In this document: one piece after another, positions 12,078 through 21,250 of the stretch
Layout of the letters: the number at the start of each line of letters is the position of its first letter
Numbering within the stretch: the stretch's first letter is position 1
IMG/VR virus record: IMGVR_UViG_3300047476_000806
Source: a virus
Lineage: Duplodnaviria; Heunggongvirae; Uroviricota; Caudoviricetes
Strand: one strand, 5' to 3'
DNA: 64,000 bases
Notes under the pieces: model-generated
Seen by the model: the letters and a program-made list of their open reading frames with translations, nothing else
The model's database searches: none
What the model was told of the DNA's origin: nothing
Position numbers and translations under genes: made by a program

Positions 12078-13172
12078 CTATGGTTGACTCAATAATTCAT
12101 TAGAATATGTTGGATTAGCTTCAGAAACATCTTTTGCTGAAGGAACTGTTTCAGATATATATGCCGACAAAATAACGCCAGCCTCGTCGGCTTCTTTTTT
12201 AGATGCTGGTGAAGTTAGCACAGAAACAACTTGAGCAGGAACATTCAATAATTCAGTTGCGCTCGATACTGTTTGTTTTGATGTTTCTACTATTTGTTCG
12301 GCTACATCAAATAATTCGGTTATATCTGAACTATTTCCCATACCATCTAATCCAGGTACAGAAATTAAATCTTTAATCGCTGAGACAATAGCACCAGTAA
12401 AGTTAGCCAAACAATCTGCTAATAGTTGTAATAATTTTTGTGGTAAGCTAAGAATATAATCAATCATAGCTTTAACTCTTCTTGCGTAATCAAGTAAAAC
12501 TTCTTTGAAATCTAAAATCTCTTCTAAAATTCCTTGATAATATTTTAATTCTCTTAAAAAGAATTTAGCTAGAGAAACTATTTTTGACACTTCGCCACTA
12601 GGGTCTAATCCTAAAGAAGCGATAAAGGCACGAATAGCTTTTCTAATAGCATCCATTAAATTACTAAATGCCAATCTAACAATCGCAACATCTTTTTTTA
12701 ATTCGGATGTGATATCACATACGTGGGATTGACTGTTATTTGATTCGTCAATAGCGGTGTCTTCAATCTTCTCACGAGCCATAGGAGGCAAAGTAGGTTC
12801 ACCTACTACATCAGCTTTAAGACCTTCAGGCATTTTTGGTGCTTGAGCATTCTTAGCGATTGCGTTGATACTCTCTTCAGACATCACGCCAGGATAAACA
12901 CCCATAATCACAGGTTGTTGTCCGTTATTACCGTCTAAGAAATAACCAGTTACCCATTCACCTTCACGCATTGAAGAGAATGTTCTTGAACCAGTTGTTG
13001 GTTGTATAATTTGCGCCCAAGGCAAGCTGTCGTTTGGTACTATGTTTTCATCAAAATCATGCCAGCCAATAATTCTAACTCTAGCACGACCAAGCTTAGA
13101 TGGGTCTTGTCTATCTTCAACGACACCTATCCACCATACAAATCCATTTAATCCTGCAAAATCGTTTGACAT
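12078..13172 (-). CDS. gp5: baseplate hub protein, gp5 N-terminal OB-fold domain-like, no lysozyme domain
   Basis: N-terminus FVWWIGVVEDRQDP...GRARVRIIGWHD resembles the T4 gp5 OB domain (NWFVGVVEDVMD...GRVRVR.HG.H). The remainder is alpha-helical with no T4-lysozyme motifs. Confidence 0.6.
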   Translation of the reverse strand: MSNDFAGLNGFVWWIGVVEDRQDPSKLGRARVRIIGWHDFDENIVPNDSLPWAQIIQPTTGSRTFSSMREGEWVTGYFLDGNNGQQPVIMGVYPGVMSEESINAIAKNAQAPKMPEGLKADVVGEPTLPPMAREKIEDTAIDESNNSQSHVCDITSELKKDVAIVRLAFSNLMDAIRKAIRAFIASLGLDPSGEVSKIVSLAKFFLRELKYYQGILEEILDFKEVLLDYARRVKAMIDYILSLPQKLLQLLADCLANFTGAIVSAIKDLISVPGLDGMGNSSDITELFDVAEQIVETSKQTVSSATELLNVPAQVVSVLTSPASKKEADEAGVILSAYISETVPSAKDVSEANPTYSNELLSQP

Positions 13173-14506
13173 TATGTTACCTGCTTAGTTGAACTTTGAT
13201 AGACACCATCTTTGTTAGTTGAAGACGTTACTGCTTCAAAAACAACTTCGTGTTTATCAAATTTAATAATATGTCTAGTAGCTACAATCAAATATTTACC
13301 GTAAAGTGACTTATCTAATTGGTCAATCAAACTATCAGTCGGGTCTCTTTCGGCTCTCTTAGGAATATTTAACATAATATTTAAACCTGAAGTAATGTTA
13401 AAGTTACCAGGAAGAACTACTTGAACTCGTTGAGAGTATAAGTTTTCAAACAATGCTTGTCTCTGTAATAAGTATCTGTATGTGTCATCATCATTGTTAA
13501 GTGAAGCTGGGTCTGTCTTTTTAAAATGGTCAACATAAGACCTATTTGATGTAAAGAAGTAAACAGATTTCTTAGAATTATATGCTTCAGTATTCAGTGT
13601 ACCATCTTTTCCAACTACTTGAGTTAATTTCTTAGTCTTATTACCATGAGTCATAACATCATAGTGGTCTGCATATGTCAGATTCAACTCACCAACATTT
13701 CTAGTCATAGGGTCAAATCCCACAAACTTACCAGCATAAACTCCAGCTTTTGTGTTTTGAATGAAGTCAAACTGAGATATCACTTTAATATCTCTAGCAC
13801 CCCAAATCTCGTCGGTGATATTATCAATAATGTTTTTAGGATTAAAGTTAACTGTACCAACAACAGCTTGAGACATCAAAGTTGATAGTGTTGCAAAGTT
13901 AAAACCTAATTTGTTCTCAAAGAAAATAAAGTTAGGTGAGCCATAATTGTCAACTGAGCGTCTAGCACACCATTCAATAGCATCAATAGGTTTTAAATTA
14001 GGAATGATTAGCTTCTTAATTCCTGAAGACTCTTCAATTAAACCTAGATTTTGATATGATATTCTTAAATTATTTTGAAGAATTGACTTGACAATTTTAG
14101 AATATGGTTCATTATAAGCTTGATTCAGTGTTTGTTGTTCAGACAAAATGTATTCATCAGATATGAAGTGAAGAACATAAGTTTCACTTGACATATTTGT
14201 GATTTGTCTATTAGATTGTTTGTAGATTCTAAATGACTTATTGATTTGAGCAATATCACTGTCTTCAGATTTAGTTATCTTAATCTTTAAGACTTCAGAA
14301 CCATCAAACATTAGTTTTTCTGATAGACCGACAGCATCACGAATCAATATTGTTCCTGATAAACATGGATTCAACAAGTTATCAAAAATATTAATCTCTT
14401 CAAATAATCCAGACACATCGATTTCACTAAGGCCAACAGACTTAGTGATGATTTTCAGTTCTTTAATTACAAACTGGGTGGATTGAACTATGCTAACATC
14501 AGCCAT
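13172..14506 (-). CDS. baseplate central hub component (gp27-like by position), 444 aa
   Basis: Lies in the operon between gp53 and gp5, with start/stop overlaps. No strong motif. Assignment is positional only. Confidence 0.35.
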   Translation of the reverse strand: MADVSIVQSTQFVIKELKIITKSVGLSEIDVSGLFEEINIFDNLLNPCLSGTILIRDAVGLSEKLMFDGSEVLKIKITKSEDSDIAQINKSFRIYKQSNRQITNMSSETYVLHFISDEYILSEQQTLNQAYNEPYSKIVKSILQNNLRISYQNLGLIEESSGIKKLIIPNLKPIDAIEWCARRSVDNYGSPNFIFFENKLGFNFATLSTLMSQAVVGTVNFNPKNIIDNITDEIWGARDIKVISQFDFIQNTKAGVYAGKFVGFDPMTRNVGELNLTYADHYDVMTHGNKTKKLTQVVGKDGTLNTEAYNSKKSVYFFTSNRSYVDHFKKTDPASLNNDDDTYRYLLQRQALFENLYSQRVQVVLPGNFNITSGLNIMLNIPKRAERDPTDSLIDQLDKSLYGKYLIVATRHIIKFDKHEVVFEAVTSSTNKDGVYQSSTKQVT

Positions 14507-15153
14507 TATGAAACAACTCTTCTAAGTTCGTTCTCAACTTCAGCAATGAATTCACTACGTAATATTTTAATTGTTCGTTTCTCTTCGTTTTTATCAACTT
14601 CATATTCATAATGAGTTTTAAAATACTTAACAGTTTCGATTCTAATACGATTACCATCTTGTAATGTATACGAATTTGTTGATGATGTGGCAGTATTCGC
14701 ATATGTGTTTGCGTCAATCGCAATATCTTCAACTAAAATTACTTTGTTAGTCTTATCATTGATTGTTGTTTTTTTATTATAATATGAATAAACATTCGTC
14801 GATGCCCAATCCATACCAGTTTGACCCATTTGTGAGTTTGCTCTAGGTTCATATTTCTTATCAATATAAAGATATAACGAATTGGTATCCATTAACCAAT
14901 CAAATTGAGGATGCTGAATATCATTATAGTTTAGAATAACCCAATGCTTTTCAGACGAACCATAAATTTTATCTGCAATAATCTCAGGTGTTTCACCATC
15001 TTTAATTCTGTAGTCGTAATAGACAGAACTATTTTGCTTAAATGCAGGGTCAAAATTAAAACGAGTCATAAGATTAGTAACAACTTCAACACTTGTTGAA
15101 TTGTTCGCTAATGTATATGCTGTCGTTGGAAAGAAGTTAAAATATTTTGCCAT
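14506..15153 (-). CDS. gp53: baseplate wedge protein gp53
   Basis: TPEIIADKIYGSSEKHWVILNYNDIQHPQFDWLMDTNSLY aligns with T4 gp53 RPEELANAIYGNPQLYWVLLMCNDNYDPYYGWITSQEAAY. Confidence 0.7.
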   Translation of the reverse strand: MAKYFNFFPTTAYTLANNSTSVEVVTNLMTRFNFDPAFKQNSSVYYDYRIKDGETPEIIADKIYGSSEKHWVILNYNDIQHPQFDWLMDTNSLYLYIDKKYEPRANSQMGQTGMDWASTNVYSYYNKKTTINDKTNKVILVEDIAIDANTYANTATSSTNSYTLQDGNRIRIETVKYFKTHYEYEVDKNEEKRTIKILRSEFIAEVENELRRVVS

Positions 15154-15161
15154 AGTTATCT

Positions 15162-16391
15162 CTATCTAGTAACCTGACTAGTTTGACCGCCAGGTAAATA
15201 AGCGTAATCAAATTTAGTAAGAATTTGAGTTTCTTTAAATGTTAATGATAATCTGATACCAACAGGCATACCTGTACCGCCTAATTTAGCGTCTAGTGTA
15301 TCTGAAGCTTCGTATGCGGCAAACTGTCCGTTAGGTGCATAATCGGTATCTATTCCTGCTAACACACAAGTTGATATTTTTGGAATGTTTGGATTAATAT
15401 CACCGTTATAATAAAAAGATATATCAAATTCAGAAGGAGGAACTAAAAATAAACCGCCTGTACTTCCAACACTGCCTTGACCTAACACTTCAGGTGCTTG
15501 ATGAAATCTTAATCTGTTAATAATCTTTTGAATTTCTAAAGCTTCTTTTTGACTTCTTGGATATAACATGAACTCAAATCTGAATGTTCTAAACTCAGGA
15601 CTTGAATATAATAATTCTAATTGAGGATTATTGACAGCACCAAACTGACCTGCAAAAACAGCATCGCCTGGTCCACCTAACAATGCGCCTGCGGCTCTAG
15701 ATGCTATGAATGGTGATGCATTTTTTAATGTACTTAATACACTATCCTTTACACCTTTACCACCTTTAAGACCTTCAATCAGTGAATAACCTGCTTCACC
15801 ACCAACAGCAATTAGAGGTAAAGCACCTTGATTCATACTAACATCAGAATAGCCTTGATTATAACTAAACTGTAATGTATCTGGCATGTATAGTGCGATA
15901 GTGTCTGTGGTGCGACGAACTGTTCTTAAAAAACTAGGCTTATTTAATTGTGTTGTTGCTTCTCTATACTTAGCTTCATATGTGTTCGAACTATTTAAAT
16001 GTAAAGGAGTAATCTTATTAGTTTCGCTACGTAAAGCATTCACGGCTTCGATACCATAATTGATAGCATCTTCAGTTAAACCTAAAGCTTTACCTACAAC
16101 ATTATTTGTTGCATTAACAACACTAACGGAACCTTTATTTTCTGTCTGAAGTAAGTTTAGATTTTGTTCTACTGTCATGGCTCCCATATCACCATCAGCA
16201 GATTTATATTGTGTTTTTGTTTGTTGACCAATATTAATAATCATATAGTGACCTTTGTCGTAATTACCAAGGTCAATAGGATATCTAAATATGTTGTTAT
16301 GATAACGGAAATCGACACCTAAATTTTGATTGGTGCTCTCGTTTCTGACTTCTTCTTTAAAGTCGATATCAGTTAGATTAAATAATGACAT
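15162..16391 (-). CDS. baseplate/tail structural protein, unknown (409 aa), first gene of the late operon
   Basis: Large ORF directly downstream of a TATAAATA late-promoter motif. Gly-rich. Structural by context. Confidence 0.4.
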   Translation of the reverse strand: MSLFNLTDIDFKEEVRNESTNQNLGVDFRYHNNIFRYPIDLGNYDKGHYMIINIGQQTKTQYKSADGDMGAMTVEQNLNLLQTENKGSVSVVNATNNVVGKALGLTEDAINYGIEAVNALRSETNKITPLHLNSSNTYEAKYREATTQLNKPSFLRTVRRTTDTIALYMPDTLQFSYNQGYSDVSMNQGALPLIAVGGEAGYSLIEGLKGGKGVKDSVLSTLKNASPFIASRAAGALLGGPGDAVFAGQFGAVNNPQLELLYSSPEFRTFRFEFMLYPRSQKEALEIQKIINRLRFHQAPEVLGQGSVGSTGGLFLVPPSEFDISFYYNGDINPNIPKISTCVLAGIDTDYAPNGQFAAYEASDTLDAKLGGTGMPVGIRLSLTFKETQILTKFDYAYLPGGQTSQVTR

Positions 16392-16413
16392 TTTATTCCT
16401 TTAGTTAGCTATA

Positions 16414-16421
16414 TATTTATA
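16414..16421 (-). promoter_or_regulatory. T4-type late promoter motif TATAAATA for the baseplate operon
   Basis: Plus strand tatttata is the reverse complement of TATAAATA. It lies in the 30-bp divergent intergenic region upstream of the 16391 start. Confidence 0.5.
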
Positions 16422-16870
16422 TGAGTTTCGGACATAAAACATACAAGGGCATTTTCAGTCCCAGTAAACCTGAAAAATATAGAGGTGATGCAACAAACAT
16501 CATATATCGTTCTTCTTGGGAATTAAGAGTGATGAAATGGTTTGATTCACATCCTGAAGTTGTATGGTGGTGCTCAGAAGAGTTAGTCATTCCTTATCTT
16601 AGTCCAGTTGATAATAAGAGACATCGATACTTTCCAGACTTTATTGCTAAGATGAAACGTAAAGATGGAACAGTTATGACTTATGTAATCGAAGTTAAAC
16701 CTGACGCTCAAACTAAGATGCCAACACAAAAGCGTAAAACAAAACGTTTTATTGCTGAAGCCGCTACATATGCTATCAATCAAGAAAAATGGAAAGCCGC
16801 AGATAGATTCTGCCAAGAACATGGCTGGCAGTTTTTAGTCTTAACTGAAAAGCATTTAGGTTTGTATTAG
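16421..16870 (+). CDS. gp4: head completion protein gp4-like (PD-(D/E)XK-type)
   Basis: SSWELRVMKWFDSHPEVVWWCSEELVIPYLSPVDNKRHRYFPDFIAK...VIEVKPDAQ is the gp4-family pattern. It is divergent from the gp53 operon, as in T4. Confidence 0.5.
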   Translation: MSFGHKTYKGIFSPSKPEKYRGDATNIIYRSSWELRVMKWFDSHPEVVWWCSEELVIPYLSPVDNKRHRYFPDFIAKMKRKDGTVMTYVIEVKPDAQTKMPTQKRKTKRFIAEAATYAINQEKWKAADRFCQEHGWQFLVLTEKHLGLY

Positions 16871-16873
16871 TGG

Positions 16874-16881
16874 TATAAATA
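16874..16881 (+). promoter_or_regulatory. TATAAATA late-promoter motif abutting the ATG at 16886
   Basis: ggTATAAATAgttaATGG. The motif lies 5 nt before the start codon. Confidence 0.35.
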
Positions 16882-16885
16882 GTTA

Positions 16886-17464
16886 ATGGCATATTTAATT
16901 GATAGACTAAAACAACAACTAGGTGAAACTGGAAAACAATCTGGTTCTCGTCGTGCTCGTCAATGGATTAGACAAAAAGTAAAAGACTTGGCTAATGCTA
17001 GACGAACTATTATGTTAGATAATAAAAGAAAAGTTACATTACCATGGATTGGTAAAATGTATTTTTACTTTTACGACCCTAAAACTAAAGATTCTCTTCC
17101 GTACTATGATAAGTTTCCTTTAGTTATTCCTATTGAGCACTATAAAGATGGCTTTCTAGGTCTAAACTTACACTATATTCATCCTAAACAACGTTTATTG
17201 TTATTGGATAGTCTAAGCGAATATGCAACAAATAGCAGATATGATGCATCAACAAAATTAAGATTAAGTTATAGTTTATTAGCGAATGCTTCTAAGCATT
17301 ACCAATTTGCACCATGTTTAAAAAGATATTTGTATAGTCATGTACAAAGTCAGTTTTTAGAAATACAAGCCGACGAGTGGGATATTGCTGTACTATTACC
17401 AGCAGAAAACTTTGCAAAAGCTGAAAAATCTCAAGTTTTTGCTGACTCAAGGAAGAAATTTTAA
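16886..17464 (+). CDS. virion morphogenesis protein, unknown (192 aa; tail completion or DNA end protector position)
   Basis: ORF between the gp4-like and tube-family genes. Contains YFYFYDPKTKDSLPYYDKFPLVIPIEHY. Function unassigned. Confidence 0.4.
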   Translation: MAYLIDRLKQQLGETGKQSGSRRARQWIRQKVKDLANARRTIMLDNKRKVTLPWIGKMYFYFYDPKTKDSLPYYDKFPLVIPIEHYKDGFLGLNLHYIHPKQRLLLLDSLSEYATNSRYDASTKLRLSYSLLANASKHYQFAPCLKRYLYSHVQSQFLEIQADEWDIAVLLPAENFAKAEKSQVFADSRKKF

Positions 17465-18222
17465 TGTCATTCAGTCCTAATTTATTTTTGTCAAACGTCA
17501 AAGCTAAGGCTGGTTTAGCCAGACCTAATAGATTTGAAGTTATATTACCTATTCCTACGTATGTTGGTAACTTCGTATCGACTAGTACACTTGAACAGAT
17601 TGTTAACTTACCGAATACTATATTCACAACAATCACTGAAGCATTAAATAAAGGTATAGAAGATAGTCCACAATCGATTTCTTCTAGTCCTTCTATCTCT
17701 AGATACTTAGCATTACAATGTGAATCAGCAGAATTGCCTGGTCGTTCTATTCTAACAACCGATGTTAAAATTTATGGACCTACATTTAAAGTTCCATATC
17801 AAACACAATATGATGAAATTACATTGACATTCTTGTGTACAAACGAATTCTATGAACGCAAGTTGTTTGATAGATGGTTAGAATGCATTATGCCTTCAGA
17901 TACAAATAACTTAAGATTCCCTAAAGATGATGAAACTCGATATATGACTAACATTAAAGTTATTCAGTATGATGATTTCATTAAACAGATTTATGCAGTT
18001 GAATTAGTCGATGCGTTTCCTGTTGGAATTGCACCACAACAAGTTAGTTGGTCTGACGATGGATTCCATAGAATCTCAATTAGATTTGCGTATCAGAAAT
18101 ATAAAGTAGTATACAAAGGACAATATAATATCAGTCAAGCAGTTGCGGCTGTATTCGGTTCTTTTGGTGAGCGAGTATTACAATCTTACGGAGATAGATT
18201 GGCTCAAGATTTATTTGTTTAA
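17464..18222 (+). CDS. tail tube family protein (gp19/gp54-like)
   Basis: N-terminal ARPNRFEVILP matches the ARPNLFQVEI motif of T4 gp19. At 252 aa it is longer than gp19, so it may be a tube-initiator paralog. Confidence 0.5.
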   Translation: MSFSPNLFLSNVKAKAGLARPNRFEVILPIPTYVGNFVSTSTLEQIVNLPNTIFTTITEALNKGIEDSPQSISSSPSISRYLALQCESAELPGRSILTTDVKIYGPTFKVPYQTQYDEITLTFLCTNEFYERKLFDRWLECIMPSDTNNLRFPKDDETRYMTNIKVIQYDDFIKQIYAVELVDAFPVGIAPQQVSWSDDGFHRISIRFAYQKYKVVYKGQYNISQAVAAVFGSFGERVLQSYGDRLAQDLFV

Positions 18223-18239
18223 TTATTATTGGAGATAAT

Positions 18240-18980
18240 ATGGCTTTACCCAAAATTGATGTGCCTGAGTATGAATGTATTTTACCTTCTAACAAGAAAA
18301 AAGTCAAGTTCAGACCTTTTCTAGTTAAAGAACAGAAATTACTATTAATGGCTACCGAAGCTACTGAAGTAAAAGATTCTGTTGATGCGATGAAAAAAGT
18401 CGTAAAGAATTGTGTGCTAGGTGACATAAACGTAGACGCTTTGCCTGTATTTGATTTAGAGTTTTTATTCTTGAATCTAAGAGCAAGGTCAGTTGGCGAA
18501 GTTGTTAAAGTTAAATATAAATGTAACAACATCATTCAACCTTCTGGTATCGATGAAGAAGAAAAACGATGTGACAACATTGTAGATGTTGATATTAATG
18601 TATTGGAAATTAATCCTGATTTTGGACCAAATCACAGTAATAAGATTGAGTTGTCTGATAAGTTAGGTATCATGTTCAATTATCCTACATTTGAGATGGT
18701 TGAAAACATGACAGGTAAATCTGAGAATGAAGTTATTTTTGATTTAATCATTAAGAGTATTGATTATATCTATGATGAAGACCAAATTTACTATGCAAAA
18801 GATTCATCACAAGAAGAATTGATTGAGTTTATTGATGGACTTCAACAAGAACACTTAGAAAAGATTAAAGACTTCTTTGATACTTTACCTAAGATTAAAA
18901 AAGATATTCATTTTGAATGTAAGAAATGTGGACATCACGAAGACATTGTGATTGAGGGTATACAAAATTTTTTCGTATAA
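18240..18980 (+). CDS. tail assembly chaperone-like protein (precedes the tape measure; C-terminal CxxC pair)
   Basis: Position immediately upstream of the tape measure. C-terminal FECKKCGHHED. GGAG RBS. Confidence 0.35.
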   Translation: MALPKIDVPEYECILPSNKKKVKFRPFLVKEQKLLLMATEATEVKDSVDAMKKVVKNCVLGDINVDALPVFDLEFLFLNLRARSVGEVVKVKYKCNNIIQPSGIDEEEKRCDNIVDVDINVLEINPDFGPNHSNKIELSDKLGIMFNYPTFEMVENMTGKSENEVIFDLIIKSIDYIYDEDQIYYAKDSSQEELIEFIDGLQQEHLEKIKDFFDTLPKIKKDIHFECKKCGHHEDIVIEGIQNFFV

Positions 18981-19167
18981 GCCTTTCCCATGATTCGTTG
19001 AATAATTATTATAAGACTAATTTTGCATTGATACATCATCACAAATATAGTCTGACTGAATTAGATGATATGATTCCTTGGGAAAGGGAAATTTATATGA
19101 CATTGTTGATGCAACACTTAGAACAAGAAAAACAACGGTTAGAACAACAAAAAATTAGGAAATAAAA

Positions 19168-21207
19168 ATGGCGGCAAAAAGAGGTAGATTCGAAGAGATT
19201 TACAGACAGAAGACTCAAGGTGGTGAAAGTACATTTTCAGCACTGAAGTCTACTGCGGCTGAACGTCGAAAAGAATTGACTGATTTACGTCGTATGTTTC
19301 CTACGTCTGGTATCTTGGGTGCCATGCTTGAGTCTGCTTTCGGTAAAGCTTACAAGTATAAAGGTAAAGGTACACCTGGTGTTGCAGGTAAAGATACCTC
19401 GTCTATCGATAACAAAACACTGAATGTTATTAGATTAAACACAGCAATCACCGCTAAAAACTCTATGGTATTGCCTGGTATGGCACGTGACATGAACGTG
19501 ATGCGCCAAAACATCGTTAAGATGGCTAAACAATCAACAGGAAGTGCCGCAACAAAAGCGGATGCATTCTTTCTTAAATCTAAAGAGCGTGAAAATGCTT
19601 ATGAATCCGAAATTGCAGGTAAATCACCTAGTAGAGCAGACGGAAAACAATCAGCTAAAGATAAAGAAAAAAGTGGATTCTTTAGTGGCTTATTAGGTAG
19701 TATTTTAAGCATGAGTATTAAAGATATATTAGCAGGATTATTAAAAGGTGGATTGATTGGAGGACTCTTAGTTGGTATTGGTAAATACTTTACAGACCCT
19801 GAATTTAGAAAGTCTGTCAATGACATGCTGAATAATCTTGGTGAAGCTGTATTTGGTGCTGAATATTGGGAAAAGTTAAAGAAAGACATTCAAGAAAATC
19901 TTGTTGATGGTGCTTTAATTGTTGGTGGTTCTTACTTAGCATTCAAAGTAGCTTCAAATCTATTATCTACAGCAGTTACTGCATTAGCCACAAACATATC
20001 AACCACATTAGCTAGTTTCTTAAGACATCCAGCAGTTTTAGCTTTTGCGGCAGTTGGTGCCGCTGGTGCGATTGCAGTAAAATCTCAAATGAAAGCAGAA
20101 GTTGGTGCGGCTAAGAAAAATCTAAAGTATGCTGAAGAAGGTGATTTAGAAAAATTGAAATTAGGTGTAGCGGAATCATTCTTAGATGAAAATTATGATA
20201 AGAATTTAGGATATAATCCAGGCACAACTAAAGAAGATAAAAATTTAGATAAAATGGAACGTGCTGAAGTTAGAAAGCTTTTACAGAAAGCTGTTGCAGG
20301 TGGTTCTAAGAAAGCACAAAACGCATTGAATAGATTAGACGCTTCATATGGCGTTGGTCCTACAATGAATAAAGAACAACAAGAAGTGCAGACTAAGATA
20401 GATGCACTTATTGCTGAACGAGAAAACTTAAAGAAAACAAAACCAGCCGATAGTGAATCTCAAAAACTAAGAATTTCTGAAGAAATTTCTAAGCTTCAAA
20501 AACAAAAAAGAGAACTACGAGGTGTATCACCTACTGTTGAATCTTCAGTTGATAGTTCTAGTGCGTCACCTACACAATTAACTTCAGACGTTAAATTTAG
20601 TGATTTAACTCCTGAACAACAATTAATTGTTATTAGAGAGCAAAGAAGACAAGAAGGATTCTATCCAGGTTCAGCATCGTATGATTTGAATAATCCTGGC
20701 AATATGGTTTATTCAGAACAGACAGCTAAGTTTGGTGCTATTAAAGACCCATCAGGTATGAGAGGTACTGGTGATGTTAAAGGTAAACTAGCACAATTTC
20801 CTTCACTTGAAGCAGGTGAACAGGCTCAAAGAGATTTACTTGCGAACGGAGTTAATTACAGAAACCTATCTTTAGATGAAGCATTAAAACGATGGACTGG
20901 TTCACAAAAGAATCCACAAGAATCAGCAAACTATAGAAGTAATATTTTTGCTAAGTTACAGATTGACCATACAGAAGCAGTGAATGAAAACACTGTTGCA
21001 GTTAACAATTTGAATAAAAAAATGGATGAAGAAAAAAATGCTACTATGACTGAGATGTTAGCCGCATTAATTCAAGGCATGAGTGGTTCAGGTACTACAG
21101 TTAATAATGTGAATAATACTTCAGTTGCTAGTGCAGGTAGTGTTGCTTCACCATATAATGAAGATATGCTTGCGCTGTTTAAACAAAGAGCATCAGTAGG
21201 ACTATAG
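19168..21207 (+). CDS. tail tape measure / length-determining hub protein (gp29-like), 679 aa
   Basis: Long, coiled-coil-rich protein with central Gly/Leu hydrophobic segments. It is followed by a bidirectional terminator. Confidence 0.55.
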   Translation: MAAKRGRFEEIYRQKTQGGESTFSALKSTAAERRKELTDLRRMFPTSGILGAMLESAFGKAYKYKGKGTPGVAGKDTSSIDNKTLNVIRLNTAITAKNSMVLPGMARDMNVMRQNIVKMAKQSTGSAATKADAFFLKSKERENAYESEIAGKSPSRADGKQSAKDKEKSGFFSGLLGSILSMSIKDILAGLLKGGLIGGLLVGIGKYFTDPEFRKSVNDMLNNLGEAVFGAEYWEKLKKDIQENLVDGALIVGGSYLAFKVASNLLSTAVTALATNISTTLASFLRHPAVLAFAAVGAAGAIAVKSQMKAEVGAAKKNLKYAEEGDLEKLKLGVAESFLDENYDKNLGYNPGTTKEDKNLDKMERAEVRKLLQKAVAGGSKKAQNALNRLDASYGVGPTMNKEQQEVQTKIDALIAERENLKKTKPADSESQKLRISEEISKLQKQKRELRGVSPTVESSVDSSSASPTQLTSDVKFSDLTPEQQLIVIREQRRQEGFYPGSASYDLNNPGNMVYSEQTAKFGAIKDPSGMRGTGDVKGKLAQFPSLEAGEQAQRDLLANGVNYRNLSLDEALKRWTGSQKNPQESANYRSNIFAKLQIDHTEAVNENTVAVNNLNKKMDEEKNATMTEMLAALIQGMSGSGTTVNNVNNTSVASAGSVASPYNEDMLALFKQRASVGL

Positions 21208-21211
21208 ACGT

Positions 21212-21240
21212 AAAAAAAGGGAGACGAATCTCCCTTTTTC
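21212..21240. terminator. bidirectional rho-independent terminator between the tape measure (+) and gp32 (-)
   Basis: aaaaaaaGGGAGAcgaaTCTCCCtttttc: a GC stem flanked by an A-run and a T-run on both strands. Confidence 0.6.
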
Positions 21241-21250
21241 TTTATGCTAA

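Noticed and set aside
14499-14732. Minus-strand ORF 14499-14732, and plus-strand ORFs 10379-10618 and 13646-13885
   Set aside because: They are alternate-frame or antisense ORFs inside gp53, the 282-aa baseplate gene and the hub gene respectively. The coupled start/stop pattern of the operon leaves no room for them.
16583-18535. Minus-strand ORFs 16583-16822, 17292-17636 and 18131-18535, and 19599-19889 opposite the plus-strand structural genes
   Set aside because: They are antisense to the gp4-like, tube-family, chaperone and tape-measure genes. They have no RBS and poor composition.
19097-19165. A 22-codon ORF (MTLLMQHLEQEKQRLEQQKIRK) immediately upstream of the tape-measure gene, flanked by an inverted repeat (gcctttccca at 18981, tgggaaaggg at 19079)
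   Set aside because: It is very short, low-complexity, has only a weak RBS and no recognisable similarity. It is not reported as a feature, though it might be a leader peptide.
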